Source: Perkinsus olseni | Taxonomy: Eukaryota | NCBI GenBank assembly: GCA_013115125.1 | Contig: JABANN010000334.1 | Span: forward strand, 1 to 38,117 | Length of the DNA: 38,117 nt | Reading direction: 5' to 3' | Shown: positions 11,587 to 22,299 of the stretch, piece after piece | How the letters are laid out: every line of letters starts with the position of its first letter | Numbering within the stretch: the first letter of the stretch is position 1 | Notes under the pieces: model-generated | Database searches by the model: none | The model's input: the letters and a program-made list of their open reading frames with translations, nothing else | Told to the model about the DNA's origin: nothing | Position numbers and translations under genes: made by a program

Positions 11587-12914
11587 GAGGGGGCTGACTT
11601 CGTCGGACCATCGTGGTTACGGAATATGGACGCAGGTGCGCGAGGCTATCACATCACCGAAAGGGACATAGACCAAATACGATGCTCCCTCCCCTTGTGT
11701 TTGGGTTACTGACGTGATACCGTTCCCACAAGGTGCGTAGTGTTGAAATGTCTCAGTAACACTTATTCCCTCGGGTACATTTGAGCCCGTAATACTCGCA
11801 CGGCCTCACACCACGCTGAGTCACCATGATCAGAGGCTTTCCATGCGCAACTCGTACTGCACAATTTTACTCTGTCCTCGGGCGATCCTAGAATAGACGT
11901 TATGTTGTTTCTCAGGTATTCGCAATGCTGGACTCGGACACAAACGGGGTCATATCTTTGTCCGAGGTACACTTACGCTAGTGCTAAGCTGCCGCCTTGA
12001 GGTTCCGTATTCCTCCTCTAGTGAGTAGCATCTTGGCGAGCTATGCTGCTCTAGCAGTCCTCGATTTTTGTGTAGCACATTGGTCTATCGTTGATTGGTC
12101 GGACTGTTAGGCTGATGCTGTCTCGTAGACTCGAGAACTACTGCAATTAAGCAAGCAGGTGAGAGAGATGATCCGAATGATTGGCTTGGATGAGGACGAC
12201 CCGAATGTCCGAGATTTCCTCAATGATGTTGACGACATAGGCGACATAGATCGTGCTGCGTATGGAGCCCTCATGAATAGAAGAGTGTCTTTGCAGGGAC
12301 TCGGTATCCCTTCCAGAAATGACTTGGTAAGGTTCGAAAATCCTTCTGTGGGCGACTTCATTCTGGGCGTGAGATCTGGTGCGACAGGCTCTCTGCCACT
12401 GCCAGCTCCAACTCTATGCAAGACCGCGCGAGCACGTTGTGTGCCACGGTCTTCGCCGCTTCTCAGTTGAGATGTTTTCGCGTTCTGCGCGGCGAAGGGC
12501 GGCATGAACCAGACCGTTTTATAGGCAGTAAGGGTCTGCGCAGAAAGGAATCTTTTGTGGTTTGGAGGATTGAATTTCAGAGAGCAAGATTGAAAAATGC
12601 CTTCGAGAGCATTATGGGTCTGATGGACCAGCTCCCACGGAGAATATAACAATGGTGCGATCCCCTTGGCGCCCTGTCTTCATTTGGTCCAGCTAAGCTG
12701 GCAATTAACTAGGCGGTATGTCGCGGTGCTCTGAAGTTGTCTGAAGTAGATTCTCGACAGTCTCCCGTTCGTGAAGCAGGCTGATGGGGAAGAAACGTTG
12801 GATTTTGAGGCGTAGGGCTCCGTGGAGGGCAAGGGCGTGTGGCACATGCCATGTGTACCCAGAGAGCCATCACTGCCGGCCCTTAGGTACACGATGAGCG
12901 TATCAGTAGAGTGA
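11587..12914 (+). CDS. Calmodulin-like EF-hand exons, either the kinesin C-terminus or a separate gene. Boundaries approximate
   Basis: Exon 11916-11966 encodes VFAMLDSDTNGVISLSE, a canonical 12-residue loop (D-x-D-x-N-G-x-I-S-x-x-E). It is preceded by YHITERDIDQIR and followed by degenerate hands (VRDFLNDVDDIGDIDRAA; KQADGEETLDFEA). Confidence 0.55.
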
Positions 12915-13127
12915 TAGGGTCTTGCCTCGTGCCGCGATGCTTCATTGCACGCAATTTCACGCCCTGGGCCGACAAAATCCATGATTGATGGCTGTTGTTG
13001 ACTAAGGACCTCAGAATTGGCTCACATGCACACAGTGATTGGTGGATCCGAGACGAAGCTACTTAGGTATTCGCTGTTGTGTTCGGTTGATTCGTTCATG
13101 TTTTTGGACTAAGCTTTCACCCTCTGT

Positions 13128-15104
13128 ATGGCCATGCAGCAGCACTTCCCTAGGTTGAAGATGGCGACGGGCCAGGCGATGGGATCTCTCACCTACAGAG
13201 TGGCAAATGCTCCGACTGTGGACAACCTATTATTTCACCTGAACAATGAGCCGATGGACCGGCTGCTGATGCCTAAAGTTCTCAACGCTGCCCTTGGTCG
13301 CGTTGCCAAGCTCGCGACGATTCCGCACCGCGGCGAGAACGGGAGCATCGTTTTTGACAAGGTTTTGAGCATCATTCTGAAAGGCCTGAAGTGTCGCGAC
13401 TGGGACAACAGGAACTTGGCGGGCGCATTCTGGGCAGTGGCCAAGTTTCACAGCGAGACCACGGAGACGCCGCTGCCCCCTGGTCGAGTTATCGAGTTGT
13501 TCGAGGCGATGACTCCCTACGTGAAGCATGAAACATGCTCCGCGGTGGACGTCTCTAATATACTGTGGGCGCTGGGTACCTTCAAGCTTGCTATGCGCCA
13601 CGACTTCCGTTACTCATCGTCAGTCGAGGAGCTGGCAGCCTCCTTGTGTGTCGGGTGGTGTAACGTACTGAGCTCGACTGAGCCTAGCACTCGAGCGGTC
13701 GGTACCACCGCGTGGGGCGCTATCACGGTGTTAGCTGACCACCGTGGCGCCGAGAGCCTCAAGCTCATGAAGGCCACCCTTAGCCATGCAATACTCAGAT
13801 TGCAGGCCTTCAAACCTCCGGAGATCGCCATGCTGCTCCATATGATCGTCCGTTGCAGAGATTCTCAGAACTTGCCAGAAGTTCGGCCCTTCATCGATGA
13901 GTGCTGCAGGACCATCGATCCTGGCCGCTGGGATGCTCGAGAAATCTCCGTCGCTTGCAGAAGTGCTTCCAAATTCGCCTACCCGCCTGCCAAGTTGGTG
14001 TGGAAATTCACTGAGTATCTTATCTCGAGCGATACATTGAGCAAGATGGTACCGACTCAATTCAGCATAACGGTGAATGGCATCCTCATGGGGCTCGCTT
14101 CCGCCACGTATGTGGGTGACCTCGGCAAGTTCGTGGAGAAGGTTCGGTCCTATCTTCGAGAAGCTGAAGGTCTGCCATTGAAGTTTGGAGGGTTGACCGA
14201 GGCTCAGGAAATCATGACCATCCACGCCATTTTGTATGGCGGTCAGTGTCGGCTAACAGAGCCGGAGTTGAAATTCGTGCGGGACTGTGCGAGTCGGTTG
14301 TTAGCGGGAACGGTTAAACTCGAACCGAACTCGTTCAATCGTCTCCTCTATGTCATTGCGAGCACCTCTTATGTGGAGGGTACCAAAGACATCGCGGTTG
14401 AGCTGTTTCGCTATGGTCAAGCTAGGAGCGGCGAGTTCGATGAAGTCTCCATCGCTGGTCTCTGTAGCTCGCTGGCGTTGTTCGCTGACCCGGTAGAGTT
14501 GACCACCTCCGAACGAGCGACGGTGAAGGATCTCATCTGGAACGCGCTCGAGATAGCGAAGACGTGGCGGAAGCCGGACCACGAGAGGGCCGGCACAGCG
14601 AAACTTATCAATTGGTTTCTACTCTCCGCCAAGTACGAGTGGCAGCTATCATTGTCATCGGGCTTGGAAGCACTGTTCGCTGAAACTGCGCAGCATTGTC
14701 AAGGACGGCATCTGGGAATTCAGTCTTCTGCCATCCAGAAGAGCGGTCATAAGGGTGTGAGAGAGGCCCTTGAGGGATGCTCGAAGGAACTGAAAGTCGT
14801 GGATGAGTGGCAGTGCCCCAAGACGGGATGGTATATTGATGCAGTTGTTGTGGGTCCTACAGGAGACCCGGAGGTTCTGGTTGAGTGTCAAGGCAGGGTA
14901 CACTCGAGAAGCCCTTACTTCCACGCGGATAAGTTGAGACTAAGAATCTTGAGGTCGATCTATGGGCAGAAGAGGGTTGTGGAAGTCGACGGTTCCGGAA
15001 TGGGACTCACAGATTTTGCAACTCGCTCGAAGGAGCAGGTGCGGAGTGCCCTCACACTCTTGGAATTGACGAGCGACAAGAGCGAATCTGTTTCCGACAT
15101 GTGA
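13128..15104 (+). CDS. Helical-repeat (OPR/HPR-like) protein with C-terminal RAP domain, intronless, probably organellar RNA-binding
   Basis: 658 aa. Repeats such as WDNRNLAGAFWAVAKF, SAVDVSNILWALGTF, FKPPEIAMLL, WDAREISVACRS. C-terminus GWYIDAVVV...VLVECQGRVH...DKLRLRILRSIYG..VVEV resembles a RAP domain. Confidence 0.75.
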   Translation: MAMQQHFPRLKMATGQAMGSLTYRVANAPTVDNLLFHLNNEPMDRLLMPKVLNAALGRVAKLATIPHRGENGSIVFDKVLSIILKGLKCRDWDNRNLAGAFWAVAKFHSETTETPLPPGRVIELFEAMTPYVKHETCSAVDVSNILWALGTFKLAMRHDFRYSSSVEELAASLCVGWCNVLSSTEPSTRAVGTTAWGAITVLADHRGAESLKLMKATLSHAILRLQAFKPPEIAMLLHMIVRCRDSQNLPEVRPFIDECCRTIDPGRWDAREISVACRSASKFAYPPAKLVWKFTEYLISSDTLSKMVPTQFSITVNGILMGLASATYVGDLGKFVEKVRSYLREAEGLPLKFGGLTEAQEIMTIHAILYGGQCRLTEPELKFVRDCASRLLAGTVKLEPNSFNRLLYVIASTSYVEGTKDIAVELFRYGQARSGEFDEVSIAGLCSSLALFADPVELTTSERATVKDLIWNALEIAKTWRKPDHERAGTAKLINWFLLSAKYEWQLSLSSGLEALFAETAQHCQGRHLGIQSSAIQKSGHKGVREALEGCSKELKVVDEWQCPKTGWYIDAVVVGPTGDPEVLVECQGRVHSRSPYFHADKLRLRILRSIYGQKRVVEVDGSGMGLTDFATRSKEQVRSALTLLELTSDKSESVSDM

Positions 15105-15234
15105 TAGTTCAAAGTGTTTCTGAATTCTGAGTTTCAGAGTTCTGTTACAGTTTGGGTGGTGGGGGCTTGCAGCTCAGCGTTTTTACGTAGAAGCGAAGGG
15201 ATTCAGCTTCGATACTTGATATCGGGTCTTTGCC

Positions 15235-17166
15235 ATGCCCGGCTTCCGACCCTCGAATCTGCGGCTGCAGCAGTTCTCGTTCGCTGCAAGGCTCCGTTGC
15301 TGCGACAACACTCGGAAAGTGCTCACTTTGGTAAATACGTTTCCTGATATGCTGACAGAGGCTAGAAACACGGAAGCCGTTATGCACAGAGTGGCTTCCT
15401 TTCCCCCTAGTAGAACTCTGCACGAGCTCTTCCAGAGAGTCACAACGGAGATCACCCGCGAGTCATTCCCAAGCGAAGCCCTTTGGGACAACTCCAGCTT
15501 AATGAGTATCCTTCGGTCCCTCGTGAACTTCCGAGTTCGAAGCCCTCTGCTATGCGATACGCAGGCCGCTGAAGACATGTTGGAGTTCCTAGCCCTACGG
15601 ATAGAGCCAGAAACCTGTGCACTCGATGAAGCCGCTTATGTAGTGTCGTCACTGGCGAGACTCAAGAACATCACTGTTGACTGTTATGCGTGCGTGGAGA
15701 TGGTATGCAAGTTTGTGGATGAAATAGTGTCTGGGCTGAAAAACGGAGATGCTCCTCCGATCACCGGACTGGCTACTTGTTTATGGGGCATCGTGGAACT
15801 CTTGGGAGCAACTCATCCTGAGAGGGTGCAGACGGCTGTCAATGGGGCGATTGAATTTCTGTCGGTGCACCACTTCCAGGAGCTGCGGGTCACGGACGTA
15901 CTCATGATCGTACGGGCGATTGGGCAGTGCGAGGGTATGCGGATAGAGCTGAAGAGTAAACAGGAATTTTGGAGTGCGCTTGCGATCGGCTTCCCTTTTA
16001 CCACCATCGACAGGAGTTCTATGAAGCTGCTCACTAAGGCCCTGCAGCAGGTCGACGATGTTCCTCCTAATGTGTGGGGAGGGCTCATATCGGCTTTAGC
16101 GGTTAGCAACAGAGTGCATGAGCTCAGCCCTCACGAACTGGCGACCTTCCTTCGAGCTATGGTAGAGCCCGTGCGGCACGATATGGCTGTCAACACGACG
16201 GCCCTGGCAGACTCAGTTTTCGAGTATATCGAGAAGGAGCCCAAGGGTCGCATTGGCCCAACCGACATGGTGGATATCTGTTGGGCCCTAAGCATCCGGT
16301 CACATTCTCTACCGGAGCCCATTCTGGGAGATATAGTATCCCTTGCTGCCGCCATAGCAGAGGGTCGTGGCAGCGTGCCGGATATGACGCTTGGGCGTCT
16401 CTCTGAGGTACTCGCGAGATCGACAGTCCGTCGAGGTCTGTACTCGCCTGCGGTTCTGGAATTTTTCGTGCATGCCATATCGAAGCGATCGTGGAAGTCA
16501 ACAGCTGCAATGAGGATGATGAGCGATGCGGTGGCGCATATCGCTGATGGCCGACTTCTCGGTTCTGAGCAAGCAAGAGATCTCCTCGCAAACCTAATGG
16601 CTTCTCACTGTGAACGAACGTTGAAGTCGTCAATGCTTATCAAGGCTCTCCTTTGCGCGGATGTGGAGCACAGTTTGGCCTGCCTGACCGAGAAACAGCG
16701 TGATGAACTCCGCCGAGCACGAGACCAAGCAGAAGGCGTCATTGCGGACATTCCAGGTTCCGAGCAGAGGGACTTGCTGGCCGCTGACCTTGCCAAAGAG
16801 ATCTGTCGTCGCGGATTGCCATTGCGAGTATCAACTTCTTGGAGGTGCCTTCGAAGTCTCTGCGTGGCCGACTTGACCTTGCTCGCGGCTGAAAGTGATG
16901 AACCCATACTCTTCGTGGATCTTAACTCCTCGCCCTTCGACTTATGTCACTACGAACGAGAGTTCCGATATAGACTCCTCTCAGCGGTATATGGGAGGGA
17001 GGCGTTTTTGAGATGCAGCGATCAAGACATGAGCCCATCTGCGTCCTCGACGGGGCGAGGTGCGGAGTTGATTCGTGGCGATGTAGCGCCAAGCCTGCAG
17101 GCTAACACCATTCCGACAAGCACTATTCTCGCAACAGCGCTAAAGCGCATCTCTGTTGTGGAATGA
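15235..17166 (+). CDS. Second helical-repeat protein with degenerate RAP-like C-terminus, intronless paralogue
   Basis: 643 aa. Repeats WDNSSLMSILRSL, ITGLATCLWGI, LSPHELATFLRAM, GPTDMVDICWAL. C-terminus VADLTL...ILFVDL...REFRYRLLSAVYG parallels the upstream gene. The N-terminus is Arg-rich and acid-poor, like a presequence. Confidence 0.68.
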   Translation: MPGFRPSNLRLQQFSFAARLRCCDNTRKVLTLVNTFPDMLTEARNTEAVMHRVASFPPSRTLHELFQRVTTEITRESFPSEALWDNSSLMSILRSLVNFRVRSPLLCDTQAAEDMLEFLALRIEPETCALDEAAYVVSSLARLKNITVDCYACVEMVCKFVDEIVSGLKNGDAPPITGLATCLWGIVELLGATHPERVQTAVNGAIEFLSVHHFQELRVTDVLMIVRAIGQCEGMRIELKSKQEFWSALAIGFPFTTIDRSSMKLLTKALQQVDDVPPNVWGGLISALAVSNRVHELSPHELATFLRAMVEPVRHDMAVNTTALADSVFEYIEKEPKGRIGPTDMVDICWALSIRSHSLPEPILGDIVSLAAAIAEGRGSVPDMTLGRLSEVLARSTVRRGLYSPAVLEFFVHAISKRSWKSTAAMRMMSDAVAHIADGRLLGSEQARDLLANLMASHCERTLKSSMLIKALLCADVEHSLACLTEKQRDELRRARDQAEGVIADIPGSEQRDLLAADLAKEICRRGLPLRVSTSWRCLRSLCVADLTLLAAESDEPILFVDLNSSPFDLCHYEREFRYRLLSAVYGREAFLRCSDQDMSPSASSTGRGAELIRGDVAPSLQANTIPTSTILATALKRISVVE

Positions 17167-17400
17167 CCCTCATGCATGAGCGTTTCCGAAAGTTTCAGTT
17201 CACGTGAATCGAATCTCTTATTGTTGATAATTGAACACCGCGTCTCTCTCAGTGAATGTGGGATAACTTTTCAATGGAAGGTGTAGGATCTACAGATCCC
17301 ACATTTCCGCCACGTCCTTCGGCGACCGATCATATCTCCTAGGGTTCTTGCACTCGGACTCGGCCCTTGCGAATCCCAGTTTTTCTCACCTCCCCATATC

Positions 17401-19259
17401 ATGAACCCTATCTCGGTAGAGACTCACCCTACTCGGATGAGCGTCTGCGCTAACTTGTTGAACGCGCACGCTACTGCTGGCTTTTTGGGCGGGCTCTGTG
17501 AGTGCAGGGGAGGCGAGCTCACGCGCTAAACTATCGTATAGGCTTTTGCTAGAGGCAAAAGCACGCTGCTTCTACCCGAGCAGGAGCGCAAAACATTTAG
17601 CTTGAACTCTTCAGGCTCGACGGCCGTTTTTTACCCGCTGGATTTGCTGAGGGTCCATTTGCAAAGACACTATGATGCCTATCGTCGCCCTAGTGTACGG
17701 GAGCTGTTCATAGCAGTTGTTAGGGAGGAGGGCGTGAGACCAGCTCTGTACCGAGGCTTTGGTAAGGCAGTTAATTGAAGGGCGAGATGATTATGCTCTC
17801 CCCAGCTATACGGAAGTGTCTATTTCAGGCATAAGTGTGACGGGAGCATCGCTCGCTTGGGGACAGTACTTTTACGGGTATGCTCTGTGACAGAGCCTCT
17901 GTCGACATTCGGCTGAGATCTTGGCTTGAACTCAAGCTAGGCGTTTTAGATACACCGCTCTCAAATCAGCTAACGTCTTCAACCTACCCTCCGCTGCTAA
18001 TCACCTCCTCAGCGGCTTCGCAGCCGGTTGCATGGTGAGGGGACTGACCAGGGCCAGTTTCCTCTCCTCTGCTGGTCTACATCTCGTGCAATCGCCATAC
18101 CTGGGGGTCTTTCGACAAGGAGACCTGAGAATATCCTTGCTGCATCCCTAGTCTGCGTCGGCCTTTCTTCTTCCATGACAGAGCAGGTACAAATCGTACT
18201 CTGTCCTCTATGGGTGACAAAGCTGAATGTTCAACTTGCTGTGTATCCTGGCGGAGTCCGCGGCTGCCTTAAAGGACTTTATGGCGACAGAGGAGTTGGG
18301 GGTTTCTACAGAGGCATCGTGAGCAGGCTATTTCGCGCCCGAAAGTTTACCGTTCCTTCCCCTAAAGTTTCCTCGCCGTTGCTCTGCGGCGTTTTCCGGG
18401 GCATGCCAGCCGTTTTCTTTCCAGGCGCCAAGCATGTGGGGATCTGCTCAAGGAGGGATTCAGTTCATGATCTACGAGCCAGCGAAGTATGTTTCGCGGC
18501 ACGACTGAAAGGAGCGCTCGCTCAGTCGTGCCCGCTCATTTGGCTGACGCTCGGCAAGAAAGCCGATGCCTCTGGCATATCGTTGTTTTGGGACATTCAC
18601 ATCTCCTCGTTCCTAACGTAATCAGGTCCAGGCTCCAGGCGTATCGTGGTTGTGAGCAGCTCAGCCCTCCCGACATCGTCTTGGCAACAACCGTGGCCAA
18701 ATCCACCGCCATGGTGAGTTTCCATCGATCTATTGGCCATTGCCGGTCGTATGATGCTCCGGTAGGAATTCCGGTCCCAGAAATGCTAGTGGGTCCAACA
18801 CCGCTACCAGCGGTCCGCTAGAAAGACTTGATCTCTCAATTGGCGGCGCTGGAGTGTTGCTGCCTTCAGATTATCATCAGTCCTATAACTGTGTTGACGG
18901 TGAGAATGAGGGACGCTGGATTGCGAAGCCACAACTACGATGACCTGTGGACTGCAGTAAAGAGGTACGCGACCTTTGCTTTATCGATCAATCTTGCAAG
19001 CGCGATTCATGCCGATCATGGCAATATCGCGTGCTTTCGTTCTCAGTGTGGTGGCTAAAGATGGTCTAACGGGATTTTACAGGGGCATCTTCGTCTCTCT
19101 GGTGAGTTGGGAGCGCAGAGTGAGAAACCTCCTTTCTCTGTCTCAGAACAGTGACCTCTCCTGCAGGTACGTGTTATGCCGGCCCAGTGGTGCACATTCG
19201 TAACCTACGAGTACGTCAAAGATGCCTTGCTCGGGGCTCAAGCCGGTTGGGCTATTTAG
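17401..19259 (+). CDS. Mitochondrial carrier (SLC25), folate/FAD/NAD-carrier-like, multi-exon
   Basis: Spliced: AGFLGG..STAVFYPLDLLRVHLQ..EEGVRPALYRG; GASLAWGQYFYGY; HLLSGFAAG..LCPLWVTK..GFYRGI; GGIQFMIYE; GLTGFYRG..VRVMPAQWCTFVTYEYVK. The PLWVTK motif in repeat 2 is typical of the SLC25A32/Flx1/Ndt group. Confidence 0.9.
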
Positions 19260-19776
19260 TTTTCAACAACCCAGTGGTCGTAAAACTTCAAGTTCACTCC
19301 GAAGCATGCGCAAAAGCCCCAGGCAGTGCCGGGCAACGCGCTGGCGGAAATGAGTGACGTCGGCCGTTCGAGGGCAGTGAGGCAATGCCTTTGGGAGATC
19401 CTTCATTGCGCTGGGAGAACAACCCTTGAAGATGCATTCGTAATCCGACGAACCTATGGCGGATCTGTGGTGGCTTGTAGGGTGCCACATCGATGAACCT
19501 GCAGTCCTGAATATAGCGGGTCGTATCGATTTTGTTGTACGACGGTGTTCTAAAGTCGGCAGCGATATGGATGGTGTACCATTGTGATTTTTCCTGTTCA
19601 GTAGCCCTTCTTCGCTGTAGTGCCGTTAATTGGAATCCCAGTTGTTTGAGGAACCAGTCTAAGTTACTACGGTCTAGGAAATCGGGTGCCCAGGGCGTGA
19701 TGAACTGTGAACTCCATTCCAGCTATGGAGTCCGTGCCTTGAACCTGCAATCGTACGGTTATCTCCGCTCGTTCTC

Positions 19777-22054
19777 ATGACAACTCGGACGCCTATCACA
19801 ACAAGGGACGCGCATCTCATTACCGGCATCATGGCGGCCAATGCGAACACCGAGGTTGGAGAGATCAACGGCCCCGTGAATGTGGAGTAACGACTCTCTC
19901 CTCTGATGTCATTCGGACGACTGAGTATCATCGTCAAACTTAGTGGATGAGCAGCTCTCCTCATTATCCAACAACAACGAGCACTGGATCGTCTGCCTTG
20001 TAGGCGACTCCGGGACCTTCGGGCCCGCCGATTGCCCTTCGTGATACGAGGGCTCGGGGCGAGTTGGGCGGTCGTGAGGACTTGGACCAGTGACAGGAGG
20101 CTCAAGTATCTGGCGCAGCGGGAAGAAAAGGAGTGTCCGGAAAGGAAGTGCTCGCGTCGTGGCTTTTCAGTCGCTGCGATCACAATGTGTACGCAGGTAC
20201 ACAGTGTACGCGCCTGACCCCGATGGTGATGTGAATCAGAGCGATGCAATGCCGGCCGCTAAAATGAGCATCGCCAAGTCGGTCGTCTCCAACTGCCAGC
20301 CTTCATGTTAAAGCCTCTCTCAGATTCCTCGAAGTTGGTCCTCGACGGGGACAGTATCTGCTGGGGGTTCCCGATAGGCACGGCCGTGGCTTGTCACCTT
20401 TCGAGTCATGCCCCAGAACGGACGTATCTGAAGGTGAATGGCGACTTGAAGACCTCGGGTCTCACGAAGCAAGAGCTATTCTCGTTCCTTCTCTCGTCTT
20501 GGCGCAAAAGAAATCGCATGTGTGAGATGCATCACCAGCTCAGAGTCCGTGCTATAAAGGAATACATACGGATGTTCGAACCTGTGAGGAAGTTAAGAGC
20601 ACCTTGTCTTAGGTCCAGCGTCTCGGGGGAAAACAGCGAAGGTGTACAGGCCCGTGTTTGCCTCCGATTTGGACAAGGCAGGCGATACGTCGATCTTGGA
20701 AGAGCTCTTCGGCGATGACTGTGTCGACAGCAAACGGCACTTGTTCTTCAATGCAGCCTACTGCTATACTAACTGTCACTATGACACCGACTGGAATGCT
20801 TACTTATGTGCTAGAGGTCGGTACCTGGGATTTAATCTGCGGGACAGTTCTCCCACTTACTTGCACAGCCCCGATCTAGACGTTGCACGTTTGTCTCAAC
20901 CCCTATTCTCAATCGGACTTGTCGTGGTGTGCGCACGTGCACGAATTGAAGGATGATGCGCTGTGTTGACGTTTGTCTTACGTCAGGAAGTCGGAGATGG
21001 ACGGTAGCTCATCCAGACCAGCATGTGATACTCAGTCATAATGGAAGCGCGCGGTCGCAGTACCAGCCAACGCTCCGCCGCGCCAGCGGTATGAACAGCA
21101 GGACCACTAGGACCAGAAGCTGCCATCGGTATTCCGACCTAGTGAAGTGAGTCGTCCCGTGCATTTGAGCGCTCAGCAACCACTATCACCGATAGTTTTT
21201 GGAGCGAAGTACACCGACTTCACATTCTTCTCCGGCTTCTGCAGATTCATAACAGTGGATTTAAGTCCTGGGGATGTTTTCATCGTACCCCCGAGATGGT
21301 GGCACGTCGTTGAGGGTTCTCTGCCACGTGACGGGACCCCGAGGCTCAGCGCCGGCATAAACTGGTTTTTCACGTAAGGAGGATTCGCAGGACCTGTCGA
21401 CTTGAGAGTGCCAACACCACTCAGGTACGACTACGAGGAGACCTACCGTACTTCCCCCGGCGACGTCATTAACCTGCTTGGCTCCTCGAGTGCGACTCGT
21501 GCAGATTGTCTCGCCTCGGCCGTAGAGATGATGAAAGCCCCACCTGTCGTGGGTTTCGCTGCCGGCATTCTCGAGGTCGGCGCAGTTGACGTCTTTTACG
21601 ATCACTCAACCTTCCGCGTACCGTTTCAGATGGCCCAGACGTTGGCGGGCCGAATGAGCACAAGAGCTGCGGAAACGGAAACAGGAATATTGCGCCAGCT
21701 TCTGACATTGGCCGTCGGGTAACCTTTGAAGAAGCAAGAGCACTAGATGCACTATTGATGGTTCAGATACTCGGTCGCAGGAAGTGATCAAGTAGACCCT
21801 GCAGCGGTAGAAGACGCCCTACGGAAACTGGCCGCGGCAGCGGTGAGACTAGCTATCTCCGTGGCCTGCTTGTCGCCACAGGCTCCTGGCTTCTCCGCTG
21901 CTTTCAATATATTTTCTAGTGGAATGCTTGTATTGTCCAGATAGAATTATCGGAGGTGCTCCCTATAGCTGATTCTCGCAAGCGCAAGCGGTTAGCTGAC
22001 GACGGGAGAGGTCAAGCAGCTTGGTTGCCATTCGGCTGTACTACGCAGTGGTAA
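19777..22054 (+). CDS. JmjC (cupin-like) 2-oxoglutarate/Fe(II) oxygenase of the JmjC-only hydroxylase type, multi-exon
   Basis: PFVIRGLGASWAVVRTWT, HLFFNAAYCYTNCHYDTDWNAYLCARG|SRRWTV and VDLSPGDVFIVPPRWWHVVEG supply HxD...H. Further exons after 21720 end in ...DSRKRKRLADD...TTQW* (22052-22054). The start codon is tentative. Confidence 0.85.
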
Positions 22055-22299
22055 CTATGAACCAGACCGGTGCCCCACTCACCGGCTGGGACTCATATCG
22101 TTGCAGGACTTTTCTCCGAGCAAGTCAGCATATTCACAATACGTCCATTACAAATGACTAAGTGCATTTTCTCTACATGAAGTCTTTCGTCACTGGCAGT
22201 CGCTTTGAAAAGTTCAGTTGACCTTCAGCGATTAGGCGTGAGGAGCACTCTCTTACCCGCGGAATCTTACCCGGCGTGTACAATGCACTCGCTTGGTTC

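Noticed and set aside
13230-16907. Many minus-strand ORFs overlapping the two RAP-like genes
   Set aside because: Shadow ORFs of long coding frames with no recognisable motifs.
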